Below are positions 25,801-39,300 of a stretch of 64,000 nucleotides of DNA, one piece after another. The position numbers and the translations under genes were made by a program. Origin of the DNA: Antedon mediterranea (lineage: Eukaryota > Animalia > Echinodermata); NCBI RefSeq assembly GCF_964355755.1, contig NC_092678.1, positions 1,132,422-1,196,421 of the forward strand. The letters run 5' to 3'. How positions within the stretch are numbered: the stretch's first letter is position 1; each line of letters begins with the position of its first letter. The notes beneath the pieces are model-generated. The model was not told the origin of the DNA and did no database searches. It saw only the letters and a program-made list of their open reading frames with translations.

Positions 25801-28540
25801 TGGAGACACCCCCGCCAGATACCAATTCTTGTCTGCCTTCTAAGCCTGATCCATATAAGATTCCAGAATTGAATACTGTCCACAACAACCCAGTGCTAGA
25901 AAATGGAGAAATGACTTTGATTACGGGTGAGAAAAAGGATAGTGAAGAAACTCTAAATGTATCGCCAAAGAAAAAAGTAAAGAAGAAAACAAACAAATCT
26001 CAATTGAATCATAAATTAGACGTGAATAAGTTGACAGAGGGTAATAATTCTGAAAGTTTATCAGTCAAGATGTCTGAAGACCTCATTTTGCCAGTTAACA
26101 ATGCTAATTGTTTTTCTCCAACAACAGAATCAGCCAAACAAGTGAAGGCTCCTTTGTTATTTAATGCAGATGGGAATCAGACTGTCCTAAAAGGGACAAA
26201 CGATGTTGTACCATCAGACTTAAATGGTTCTTTTTCAGTGAAAGATGTTGTTTCTCCAAGTAAGAATTCAAAGTACTCTTCAATTAGTGATAAAAGAAAT
26301 CCAGAATCAAGAATTAATTCACCAAAAAACAAGTTAAAGAACGCATCGGGACAAGAGGCACTGAAGGATTGCTTAATCAAGAATTGCCAATTAACGATTT
26401 CTCCGAAAGGAGGAGCAAGAAACTCGCCCGATAAGACTGTAAAGACAAAAGCACGAAGAACTCCAGTTAAGAATAACAATGTAGACACTGTTGTCAAATT
26501 AAGGTCTGATACCTCTAAGGGGTCAAATGTCAAAGAGGTCAATCATTTTTTGGTTGGTGCTGCTAATGATAAAGTACTTGGCCATACGGTAAGCTTTTTA
26601 CTCATTTAATCTCCATTTTATATTTCAATTTAAACAATACCTCAATCCGTTCCATTTAATTGTCTAATTTTAATGAAGAATAAAAATTGGAAAGTATACT
26701 ACTTTTGTGCTACTAACTTGTTAATGTAGATAACATGTTTAAAGTTTCCTTTTCCATTTCAAATACTACTACTAGACCAAGTTGACCTTTAACCTATAAC
26801 CGTAGTTTTGCAGCTAAGACGCTTGGCTACCAATACCAGAATCAAATCATGTCCCAATGACCATATAAGGATGTTGTATTTGTGTCTGTCATTAAGCTTT
26901 GTCTACACTATCTAACTTTTTATGTGACAAAAAATGTTATGTGCCCATATATGAACATGATGATGTCATATCACTACTATATTTGGACACATCACAACTT
27001 ATTTTTGTCAAACTAGTTTGATAGTGTAGACAGATCTATAGAACCGGGATTATGTGAATATCCTTGGCAATGTGCCAAATAACGACAGTAAACATAATAA
27101 TTGTATTACTATTTTCAGGAGACGGAAAACAAGGACGGACTTAGAGAAATCAAGCCATGCGAGAAAAACGTTGGTTCTGACATCAACCAAATCTCAATTA
27201 AGAAAATGGCAGAAGTACAAAGTGAAGGGACAAACTCAAGTGATAATAAACCAGTTTGTACCGGTATGCTAAAAGCAAGTGCCGCAATGAGAAGAACACA
27301 TTCAAGAGTTTTAGAATTATCAATGAAGAAGTCAATGAAGAAAAAGCAATGTTCTGAAGAACCAACTTTCGAGCTAGATGAAGTATCAGGTTTTTTCAGA
27401 GATAAAGTAACTATGAAACCGCTCCCAAAACATTGCGTCTTGGAATGCCATACAACAGGTTATGTAGAAAATAACGATTTCGAAATAACTTCTCAGGAAA
27501 GTGAGTTTAGCTCAGATAAACTTGACAATGAAATTCCAAAAACTGTAAATTGTACAGAATTACAAACAAGTGCAGACATGTCCCCTAATAAATCAACTGA
27601 AATGAATGGTTTGAAAAGTGACATAAAGAAGGTTCGTCGGAAAGGAAAGAGACAAGTAAATGAGCTGAAAAAAGATGACGATAGCTCTGAAGATCTTGAA
27701 ACGAGACGGATCGTTTCCGGTAATAAAACGTGTAATTTATTAACTAAAAGTAACTCAGAGGAAAATGATGTTAAGAAAAAGAGAACTTGTACTCTCTCTT
27801 CTAAGAGAACAGTTTACGAAACTCGAAGTTTAAATCAGAAACGGGAATCATCACCAGAACCAGACAAAAATGCGTCTGTAAGCAATAAAAATACTGATAA
27901 ATCACCTAATAAACGAACTATTGCCAAAAGTGGTTCGGGAATGGAAGCGCATAAGACTAGACTTAGGCAGAAGAATGTACGTACGCAGAATGTTGTACAA
28001 GCTGTTGATTCGGTAACAAGTACGCAATCGGTTAGTGAGTCTTGTAAACCAATGCATACAAATTTATCCAATGATGTTTTAGAAATCAGCGATTCTTGTC
28101 AAACTAATCAAGGTAGCGGTGAGCGTGTGCGATACACTAGTGGTGAGCGCGTGCGATACACTAGCGGTGAGCGTGTCCACCGTACAAGACGTTTAACTGA
28201 CAAAGTTAAATCTCCAATAAAATCTTCAAACATTGTTAATGACTGTTTGGAAGAATTGATTCCAATTAGACTAGAATCTGTGATTAAAAACACAAATGAA
28301 CCCGTCGCTACGTTTGGTGTCGGTAAACCGCAACAGCCTAGACGAATATGTACGCGCCAGAGTTCTGGCGGAAACTTGAAGAGTAATTCGTTAGTAAGTT
28401 TGGTACAGGAAGCGAAAATGGAGTTAAAAGCGGTTGAAACAAATACTTGTGAATCAAAGAAACAAGACGAACAAATTGCGGAAGATAAACCACTTTTTAA
28501 AGATATAAAGCGTTATACTAGAGAACGCAAATCATTGTAA
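13801..28540 (+). CDS. RLF/ZNF292/ZNF654-like N-terminal helical domain protein with long basic low-complexity tail, about 1475 aa (7 exons)
   Basis: Exons 13801-13896, 16244-16395, 19663-19874, 21359-21564, 23819-24103, 24534-26588, 27119-28540 join in frame (4428 nt). YCEDFIQ, PWSHPFLVGIM, YISYEGIDLLSSRVEILL and CAEHQEIGKDTVFLETCLVVL resemble the remembered ZNF292 segments WKNPVLCTIL, FLAFEGPILLDMRIKHLI and CSDHPEIGIKGSFKQTYLVCL. Confidence 0.72.
16970..18311 (+). mobile_element. Helentron-associated / DINE-1-like non-autonomous element
   Basis: 5' subTIR TAGTTATCCGCA with nearby inverted GCGGATAACT, T-rich simple tract, 3' TGCGGATAACTA followed by hairpin ACTCGTC-AAAAT-GACGAGT and T-rich end. 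Confidence 0.68.
20732..21231. mobile_element. TTAA-flanked non-autonomous DNA transposon (Kolobok/T2-like), copy 2
   Basis: Perfect TIR AGATGTATTGTCCCTT / AAGGGACAATACATCT with TTAA on both sides. Confidence 0.82.
21747..23630. repeat. 32-bp GC-rich minisatellite, about 59 near-identical copies, intronic
   Basis: Unit TATGCCCCGTCAGACACCATCCCGGTATTTAC; no spacers. Confidence 0.97.
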
Positions 28541-29384
28541 CATTTGCCAGGAATAATTCATCTTCCTTCTATCGATTTTTGATAACAAAATTTGTAAATC
28601 TGTAGTAAGATTTTTTTAATATAAATGACAATGTCCATATTTTCAGTGTTAAACTTTGTAGTTATAAGGCCAGTGGAAGGTTTGGACCAGGGTGCTATTT
28701 GATGAAGACTAGACAGAAACTTGTACATAACGTTGAAGTAGAGATTGCAAAAATTCTGTCTACACTATTAAACTGGTAGTAATATATCCAAATATAGTAG
28801 TGATATGACGTCATCATGTCCATATATGGGCACATCACATTTTTTGTCACATAAAGTTTGATAGTGATGACAGAGCTTTAGATAGTTAACTTTTGTAATT
28901 TATTACAAGGGCTTTATAGTCCTAATACCATAGGTAAAATCATAGATTTAAATACTATCATGAATGTTGATAAATAATACAGTTCTTTTGTAATTACACT
29001 GCTTTGGCTTCCTCAGTGTTTTATAGCCATCATTATGATGGCTCACGAATATCCATTCAAGTTGTCCCAACATTGTGAATCTATATAGACCAGAGCTAAC
29101 TTTTTAAGCCATAAGATTTTTTTCTTAAATATGTAAAAATATTGTTTGTGTTGGCTGAAATCAAAGATAATTTTTCCGCTAAGCATGTTCTGATAAATCT
29201 GACTGCTGTGGTGTTATAACAAACAAATATTGACTGGGTTGAAGAGCAATGGTGATCTGGAGACTATATTCAAGTATAATAGTCTCCGCATCACTAGCCT
29301 CAGAATGGCGAAACGTGTATTAACCAAAATGGACATTCATTCTATGACAATGAATATGAATAGTCATCATTTTGTGTTGTACAA

Positions 29385-29710
29385 CAGTCACTTTTTGTAA
29401 CAATGGTCATTATGTTAACAACGGTCACTATTTGTAACAATGGTCACTATGTTAACAACGGTCACTTTTTGTAACAATGGTCACTATGTTAACAACGGTC
29501 ACTATTTGTAACAACGGTCATTATGTTAACAACGGTCACTATTTGTAACAATGGTCACTATGTTAACAACGGTCACTATTTGTAACAATGGTCACTATGT
29601 TAACAACGGTCACTTTTTGTAACAATGGTCACTATGTTAACAACGGTCACTATTTGTAACAATGGTCACTATGTTAACAACGGTCACTATTTGTAACAAT
29701 GGTCACTATT
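29385..29710. repeat. 18/19-bp alternating minisatellite (CAAYGGTCACTAT...) forming a ~37-bp dimer
   Basis: Direct inspection. Confidence 0.9.
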
Positions 29711-30410
29711 TGCTTGTTATACCACATACATAATATACAGTTGATATCTGGTATTTTCACCAGCCTCGGTCATAAGAGAGCATGCTGACTATGTCATGCC
29801 AAGTTATCAAGATGTACATAGTAATGTTAAATTACATTTACATTTTATTATAGATAAACATTATGTGTTTTTATTTGTCAACCAAATTTAAACTTTTCAA
29901 GCTTAAGGGATGATTTTTACCTAATTTTTCCATTATAATCTCTAAGTACAGGAAAGGTATGCTCAGAATCAGTAAAAGGTTGAAAAAATTGCAACAGAAT
30001 TTTTTTCACCACAATGTATTTCTATAAGGTCCCTATATGAACATACTAAAAGTCTAGAAAAATCCAGGTAGGGGAAATACGTTTTTTTAAACAAAATGGC
30101 CGCCAATGGCAAAAAATGTCTAAAAATGAACAAAAACATATATTGTATATCTAATTACCACTTGATAGCAGTTTTTATAATGCTTTTTATATTTCTTTAG
30201 TGTCAAACATTTCAACTGCAATATACATATTAATTTAAGTGCTATTCAGCAAAAACACACATTTAAGTATCAAGATATCACCACAGTTATAATAATAGAC
30301 AACGTAGTCCTAAGCATTATAATGCAGGAATATGGTGTCTAATAAAACAGTTCATTTACATTTGTACTGTCACAACAATAGAATTATACAATCTTACAAT
30401 CTATTAATCC

Positions 30411-30895
30411 ATTTATTTTCATTGTCCAGTTATCATCCTCTGTCTATAGGTAGGAATTAAGCATGTGCTGATGCCGTGGTATTCGTCACAAACAGTGGTA
30501 CTGGTGGTAAATTTGTCGTCAATGGACACATCACGCCATTTGTAACTTTCCATCCCCCCCTCTATGGGTTGAAGAGTATTTTCTATCCACTGCTGTACTA
30601 TGGTAATATACACGCAGGGAATGACATTTTGCAGCATTTGTTGTTGCGGGAATAGACTTTATTTCAAGTGCTGTTTTGCTTTTTGCTACTTTCTCCCAGA
30701 ACGTATTCCTCCATACAGTATATAGCTACCAATTCCAATTCCTCTGATGCGATGGTTTCTTTTTTTTTGGAGACGTTTGGTTTTACAGAGTTTGTAAGCA
30801 TACTACTGCCCAGGTGTTATGACTTTTTAAGACTAAAACCTTTTCCTATACCAAATAGATGGGATGTAGTATCACATCCCTGAATTACATGTATA
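30411..30895 (-). pseudogene. Decayed XPG-like nuclease/CXC transposon ORF fragment (Academ-type), copy A
   Basis: HVIQGCDTTSHLFGIGKG and IPATTNAAKCHSLRVYY motifs with frameshifts. Confidence 0.6.
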
Positions 30896-31379
30896 AAAAG
30901 CAAATTAATTTTTACAGAGCTTCACACCAAGGAAAGACTTTACATGCATTCACAGTGCTCCCCATCGAGAACATACGGTATTAAATCAATGAATGAAGCA
31001 CCCGTGACAGAATATAAATTTAAGAGGAAAGAACATATTATTATACATGGGTCAAAATCAACCATATTCATCAATAGAGAAGCAGTGCACATTCCCTCAC
31101 ATATACTATTTCATCATTGATGGCTATGTGAGACAGTCATACACAATGCATCATTTGTTGAAAAAGAACCTTGTACTTTTCCTGCAGCCCTCTTTTACTC
31201 CATACACACTGCTAGACTACTCAGAAACCTTCATCTCACTGCCCACTGTATGTTATCAATAGGGGAGCACTGCTACATCAAACCTCTTGGCCCGAAACAG
31301 CAACATTTCAAGACATTTATTATGTACCATGTATGTTTGTTACGTTATGTGAAGGCAAAGTAAACTCTTGTGTTTAATG

Positions 31380-31918
31380 GCTGTAATTATGGTCCGTAAG
31401 TAAATTTGGTTTAGGAAAAGGTGTTGGTCTTAAAAATCATCACAGTTGGAGTTGTATGTCAAATTCTGTAAACCAAACAGTTTCCAAAAAAAAAGAACCA
31501 TTGCATCAGGAATTTGGCATTGGATGGTAGCTACCGTATATATGGAGGGAAGTCAATGGAGACTTTAGACAGCCTACTTTTCTTTGAGAAAGTTGCAAAA
31601 AGCAAAGCTATTCCCTTGCTGCAAAATTTCATTTCGTGAGTCTTTATTACCAGGTATAGCAGTGGATAGGAAATTCTCTTCAACCCATAGACTAGGGATG
31701 GAAAGTATTGATGACAAATTTACTACCAGCACCAGAGAAACTATTAAAGTTGATTAGATGTACCTGTAAATAAGGTTGTAGTAAAATGAATTGCAGTTCC
31801 AGAAAATATGGTTTGGACTGCTGCTCCACTATTTTTTAAGAATGCCACGGCATCAGCACATGCTCAATTCCCCACCAATAGATGGAGGATGAGATACTGA
31901 CAAGATGAAAGTGAAATT
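31380..31918 (+). pseudogene. Decayed XPG-like nuclease/CXC transposon ORF fragment (Academ-type), copy B
   Basis: FGLGKG..., YYQV*QW..GWK..PAPEKLLKLIRCTCK*GCSKMNCSSRKYGLDC; inverted homolog of copy A. Confidence 0.6.
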
Positions 31919-32655
31919 ACCGCATTTATTTGAATAAATGCCCTTGGTGGTTGATTTTTAAGGAGGGTAGTGGGGGCATGTAATCGTTGTGAGGAGTTTA
32001 TTCGGAGAGGCGTTTATTTTTGTGGGTGTAATGTGGTAACATGTATAATCAAATAAATACACCCTTTATATATGAACAAATACAACACCATCATGTCATT
32101 CAGCGAATTCTATTACAAATAGAGATGTGTTAAAATACAATATTGTGTGTAATATGCATGTGGCGGGGCGTACATTTGAGGAAAAAAATGGCGCAAGGAT
32201 TTTCCCGATGAGGGGGGGGGGGGGATCTAGAGCGCAGCTAGCATCAATTGGCTGGGCCATCAATGGGAGCGCACCCAGAAGTTCCAACAATATTATACCG
32301 GTAAAGGGTAGTTTTACTCACTTTTAAAAATGAAAATCCTTGAAACAGCACTCAATGGGGTATTGTTTTATATTAGGAAATATCATCATATTGTCTACAT
32401 ATACAATTGGGGAGAGGGGATGGGGGGGCCGGACAGACTCCCTCACCCTTCCCATATTATCTCCCATCCCTATACCCCTCCCCGCTGGCACCACCAATGT
32501 TGTAATATATTGTTATAACAGTACAAATGTAAATGAACTGATTTATTATTAGACACCGTAATCCTATGCATTAAGCATAGGAATGACTGCGTTTTATATA
32601 TTATAACAATAGAGATATATCTAGATACTTAAACATTTGTTTTTCAGCCATTTTC

Positions 32656-34065
32656 TACGAAAGCCCATTAATGGCATTTTAAGTATATGTTTTTCGAACG
32701 TAATCTGTTATAACGAATTAGTAATTCGTTTGAACGGATTAATAATCTGTTCAAACGAATTAGTAATCCGTTCAAACGAATTGCAACATATACAACAAGT
32801 GCCATTTAAAGTATATGTTTTAATTCGTTTGAACGGATTACTAATCCGTTCAAACAAATTACTAATTTGTTTAAACGGATTACTAATTTGTTCAAACGGA
32901 TTACTAATCCGTTCAAACGAATTACTAATTTGTTTAAACGGATTACTAATTCGTTCAAAACAAATTAGTAATTTGTTTAAACGGATTAGTAAACCGTTCA
33001 AACGAATTACTAATTCGTTCAAACGAATTAGTAATCCGTTGAAACGAATTAATAATTTGTTTAAACAAATTAATAATTTGTTTAAACGGATTATTAATCT
33101 GTTTGAACAAATAAGTAATTCGTTTGAACGAATTAGTAATCCGTTTAAACAAATTATTAATTTGTTTAAACAAATTAATAATTTGTTCAAACGGATTACT
33201 AATTCGTTAGAACGAATTAGTAATTCGTTTGAACAAATTAGTAATCCGTTTAAACAAATTACTAATCCGTTTGAACGGATTCCTAATTCGTTTTAACAGA
33301 TTATTAATCTGTTTAAACAAATTAGTAATTCGTTTGAACAGATTATTAATCCGTTCAAACAAATTACAACATATTCTTTAAATGGCACTTGTTGTGTATA
33401 TACGAAAGCCCATTAATGCCATTTTAAGTATATGTTTTTCGAACGTAATCCGTTCTAACAAATTAGTAATTCGTTTGAACGGATTAATAATCTGTTCAAA
33501 CGAAATAGTAATCCGTTCAAACGAATTACAACATATACAACAAGTGCCATTTAAAGTATATGTTGTAATTCGTTTGAACGGATTACTAATCCGTTCAAAC
33601 AAATTACTAATTTGTTTAAACGGATTGCTAATTTGTTCAAACGGATTACTAATCCGTTCAAACGAATTACTAATTTGTTTTAACGGATTACTAATTCGTT
33701 CAAACGAATTACTAATTTGTTTAAACGGATTATTAATCCGTTCAAACGAATTACTAATTCGTTAGAACGAATTAGTAATTCGTTTGAACAAATTACTAAT
33801 CCGTTTAAACAAATTACTAATCCGTTTGAACGGATTCCTAATTCGTTTTAACAGATTATTAATCTGTTTAAACAAATTAGTAATTCGTTTGAACGGATTA
33901 CAACATATTCTTTAAATGGCACTTGTTGTATATGTTGCAATTCGTTTGAACGGATTACTAATTCGTTTGAACAGATTATTAATCCGTTCAAACGAATTAC
34001 TAATTCGTTAGAACGGATTACGTTCGAAAAACATATACTTAAAATGGCATTAATGGGCTTTCGTA
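32656..34065. mobile_element. Two adjacent foldback-type elements with long TIRs and internal 21-bp repeats
   Basis: 33401-34065 bounded by TACGAAAGCCCATTAATGCC.../...GGCATTAATGGGCTTTCGTA with >150-bp TIRs; truncated sister 32656-33395; unit ACTAATCCGTTCAAACGAATT in both orientations. Confidence 0.8.
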
Positions 34066-36385
34066 ATTTTCTAATTAACAGCACCTAAAATAATGTGTAT
34101 ATTGTAGTTCAGATCTTCGAAACTCTAAAGAAATATATAAACCATTGTAAAAACTGTTATAAAGTGGTAATTAGATCTATCATTTATGTTTTTTTGTCCT
34201 TTTTTAGGCATTTTCGCCATTGGCGGCCATTTTGTTTAAAAAAAACCTTTTTCCCCTACCTGGATTTTTCTAGACTTTTAGTATGTTCTTATAGAAATGC
34301 ATTGTGGTGAAATAAATTCTGTTGCAATTTTTTCAACCATATTTCATAGTATCTTTGCAGGGCTGCAGCCCGCATGAGGCAGAACCTGACATTTTCAATT
34401 TTCACTACCCATCTCAATTCCCCAGCAGAGACCATTATATTTTATATTAATAATTATATTTAAAGCATTTTTGGCTCTTCTGTTTTTAACCTCCCGCTAC
34501 GGCCTTGCTTCGGTTTCGGGTTGTACAGTTTGCATTGCACGTCAATTCATTGTTCGCATGCGGAGTCCATGTGAAACAGTTCTCCAGAACAATATGCGTC
34601 CTAGGTCATTGTAAATCAAAAGCTCTCAAAAGTTAGTTTTTTAAAGTATTTTTCATTGACAAAAAAAATAACATCATTGTCACTGTTCTTATAAAGTTGA
34701 TTGTTATTAGCGTAGGTTTTGTTGTTTTACAGTTAAAGACCAATTTGGTAATGTTCTGTAAATATCATACGTGAATGTTAGTTATATTATATATAGTATT
34801 CAAACAAATATGTAATTTGTAAAATCTCAATAGTCATTAATAGTTAATTTTATAGTGTTTTTCTTTATAATTGTATCTATCTTATAGTCTATAGGTTTAT
34901 ATTATATTTGTGTTTTTTTATATTTTTTTATTTTTTGTTATAGTTAAAATTTAAAACTAAATGTTAGTTATGTAGTATGGCTGGTTTTTTTTGTACTTAG
35001 GCCTACATGCCTTCCACTTTACAGTAGGACCCAAGTTTTACGTACACATCATAAAATGATTATCATTTTGTTTGTAATTTAATACATATCATCTATGGGT
35101 TGGGGAAGGGTTGTTCAAACGGGATACTTTGTAGGCTTTTTGGTTGCCTAGGTAACATGTAGGCTCTACTGTAGACACTTTTTTGGACCCGCCCAGCGGT
35201 AGGAATAAAAATAATGTTTGTTTTTGTGAAACCTTCGTAAATACATTTAATCAAGACTTTGTCAAACATTTGTCATGGAAATATTTATTGAAAAAGCACA
35301 TGAGAACACTTTGAATGACATCATCGACAAATCACATCACCGTTTAATGACATCACCATTAAATGACATCATTGACAAATGAACCATCCAACAATATAAC
35401 TTCTATTTTACTAATATATCTTAAAACCATGTGAATACTCCTGCAATGTAATACCCTTTTTCGTGAATAACAAAACTGCACATTATGTGCGCACCGGTGC
35501 GAGTAAACACTACGTCATTAAAACTAGCGCCGTCATGTATAGTGCGTGTGAAAGGGTTAAATACATCGCATGTTATTCTGTCCTAACACTACCATCATTT
35601 TAAATTTTTTCACAGTATTATGAATTTAAATTCAATGTTTTACACCAAATTAACAATTTCACCACAAACACATTATTAAAGTTGTGGAAGACAAACAAAA
35701 TCAAATATTTTCTTTGGAATAGTTATTCAATAATTATGTTTAACTTGTTTATTATGTTCTTGTAATAGTTTATTATCAACACATAAAAATATTATTTTAA
35801 CGACCATGAATAGTATCATTTTTGCCAAAAGTATAAAATTAATTGTACAATATTAAATAACTAACAAAATTATGCATCACTTCCTTTGAAATAATATACA
35901 AATAAAATAATAAATGAAACATCAAACAAAAATATATATTTTTAAACAATTTATTTTTGTATAATTTTTTAATATTTTTTTTTTAATTACAGGTTGTTTC
36001 AACATACAGGTCAGTAAAGTTAATTCAACATTTGAATGTCATTCCTGAAATAATTCATTTTAAATCAACACACAACATTAACACTCTAACCCATTTAATC
36101 ACTAACTTCTGTTTGACCGACTTTGTTCGCCAAACAATACACAACAGAACTCAATACTTGTGTGTAACCTGCGCAAACGCCACGCCTTCACAATACGTCA
36201 TTGGCACTACTGTATTTATAATGCATTCATTAATGAACATGCAAACAAATGTGTTGTATGTTCCGCATTAACCACTAATGACATACAAATAACATGTATT
36301 ATAAAGCTCTGTCTACACTATCAAACTAGTTAGACAAACAATTGTGATGCCATAGGCTATTTTATTTCATTTTATTATTTCCCCA

Positions 36386-39300
36386 TTATTGTACAGAGAT
36401 GCCAATTGTCGACAGAATGTGTTTCTCAATATTGTTGAGGTGCGAGGCAAACACCACATGTGAAGGATGATGGGATAGCTGCTGTAGAAATTCCGTAAGA
36501 TGAGCCTGGAAAAAAAAAATTTTTTAAATCACTTTTTCTGCACCGAACAAAAAAAAAACGGTTACACGTTTTTAACATAACATTATTGTTTTTTTAGTAC
36601 AAGTTACACTTCATAACACTGTTTTTCATTTAGTTTCACTTTAACTAATCACTTTCATAATAACAGACAATTTAAGAGAAGGTCGTAACCGTGACAACAG
36701 TAGTAAACTATCTACCTGAATGTCAATTTGAAAGACAGGATCCTGCAACGCATCTGGATCATCCTCATCATCATCATCTACATCCGCATCACCAAAATCA
36801 TAACCTAAAAACAATAGAATATGAAATTGTCATCTAGAAAAACATTACTTATTGCACCAGTACTACATCATAACAGGGCAATATCTTAATATTATTACCT
36901 AAGAATGATGATGTAGGTACAAAACCTGCCAACTGATTTGCTAAATCATTATCATTGATGTTATCATCATCGTCATCATCGTCTTCATCTTCATCCCAAC
37001 CATCCTCCTATGAACACAAACAAATCAAGTTATGTTATTACTCATTTTAAAATATATATGACCTCAGCTACTGACATGACCTCAGTTTGCTAATGACACG
37101 GCCCCAGCCAATGACAAGACCTCAGTTTGCTGATGACATAACACCAGCTACTGACATGACCTACACTAATGACAAGACCTCAGTTTGTTGATGACATGAC
37201 GCCAGCTACTGACATGACCTCCACTAATGACATGACCTCCACTAATGACATGGCCTCAATTTGCTACTGACATGATCTCTACTAATGACATGGCCTCATT
37301 TTTCTAATGACATGACCACCACTAATGACATGGCCTCAGTTTGCTAATGACACGACCTCAGCTAATGACATGACGCCAGCTAATGACATGACCTCAGCTA
37401 ATGACATGACCTCAGTTTGCTAATGACATTACCTCTTCTATGTCTTCGCCGCCGGCTGATGCCTGCCTTGATATATTTGCCTCCATCACGTTTGACAATT
37501 CATTCACTAATATTTTGTAAATTTTAACCTGAATTGGAATTACAGTCCATTCTACAGGAGCTGTGAATTTAAATAAAATTACTAAAAAATTAATCTGTTT
37601 TTCTAATACCCCTTATACATCGCCTATAACAAATCCGGAGCTTACACAAATTCTGGTGTGTTAATAGCAGTGTTTTGTATGGTCAAATCAAATGACAGGA
37701 ATTTATTTAGGTGTTATATAATACAGTTTATTTCACGCCATGTGACCCACAATCATCCAATCAAATGACAGGAATTTATTTAGGTGTTATATAATACAGT
37801 TTATTTCACGCCATGTGACCCACAATCATCCAATCAAATGACAGGAATTTATTTAGGTGTTATATAATACAGTTTATTTCACGCCATGTGACCCACAATC
37901 ATCCAATCAAATGACAGGAATTTATTTAGGTGTTATATAATACAGTTTATTTCAAAAGTGTTTATGGCATAGACACACTTTGACTACTCTACATTGTTTT
38001 TTAATATACGATATTTACTAATGATCTTGTTCTTACAAATTGCTGCCTTTGAGCGTGTTCTGATTCCTTCATGTTTGAATATTTCATCTCCTTTCACTAC
38101 GATGCCATCCAATCGGCTGTCATTGGTGTTAATGAAATGTTTCAAAAGCTCACTAAGGGCTGTAATACTGCAAAAAAGATTAGTGTTTTTAAACAAGTAG
38201 TATTTTGATATACCCAAATATGGTAATAATATGCTCAAATATGGTAGTGATATGACATCATCATGTCCATATATGGACACATCACATTTTTTTTGTCACA
38301 TAAAGTTTGATAGTGTAGACAGAGTTTTATATAGTCGCATATTTCATTCACTTACCTAACTTTACACTCATAAGCACCATAGAAATTGTGTTGACGGGCA
38401 GCCCACTCAGTAAGTACGAACTCAAGAGCTGTGTTACCGGTCGGTCCTGGTACTTGGTAGAGAAAGTCCAAGACTGCGTTAAGTTGAGAATGCATAAGGT
38501 GAGCAAACACCATAACTAAAGACTTTGAAAATAAATAGGTATTACATGCTATTGTGTTTACACTGTTACTATTAAATAATATTTAATATCAATTCATGCA
38601 AAACATTGTATGTAAACCAATTTGAGCATGTAACTCTTTATTTTAACTGGTGACCATGCTGCAAAGTTTGTCTCTGTAGAAGTACCGATGAAGTCAATCT
38701 GTGACGACAATAGAATGGACCCGAGACCTGACTATCTTCAATAGAATGGACCCGAGACCCGACTATCTTCAATAGAATGGACCCGAGACCTGACTATCTT
38801 CAATAGAATGAACCCGAGACCTGACTATCTTCAATAGAATGAATCCGAGACCTGACTATCTTCAATAGAATGGACCCGAGACCCGACTATCTTCAATAGA
38901 ATGGACCCGAGACCCGACTATCTTCAATAGAATGGACCCGAGACCCGACTATCTTCAATAGAATGAACCCGAGACCTGACTATCTTCAATAGAATGGACC
39001 CGAGACCTGACTATCTTCAATAGAATGGACCCCGAGACCTGACTATCTTCAATAGAATGAACCCGAGACCTGACTATCTTCAATAGAATGGACCCGAGAC
39101 CTGACTATCTTCAATAGAATGGACCCGAGACCTGACTATCTTCAATAGAATGGACCCGAGACCTGACTATCTTCAATAGAATGGACCCGAGACCTGACTA
39201 TCTTCAATAGAATGGACCCGAGACCTGACTATCTTCAATAGAATGGACCCGAGACCTGACTATCTTCAATAGAATGGATCCGAGACCTGACTATCTTCAA

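Noticed and set aside
32637-34084. LRR- or coiled-coil-like heptad ORFs (LIRSNELLI...)
   Set aside because: Translations of 21-bp repeats in foldback transposons, present on both strands.
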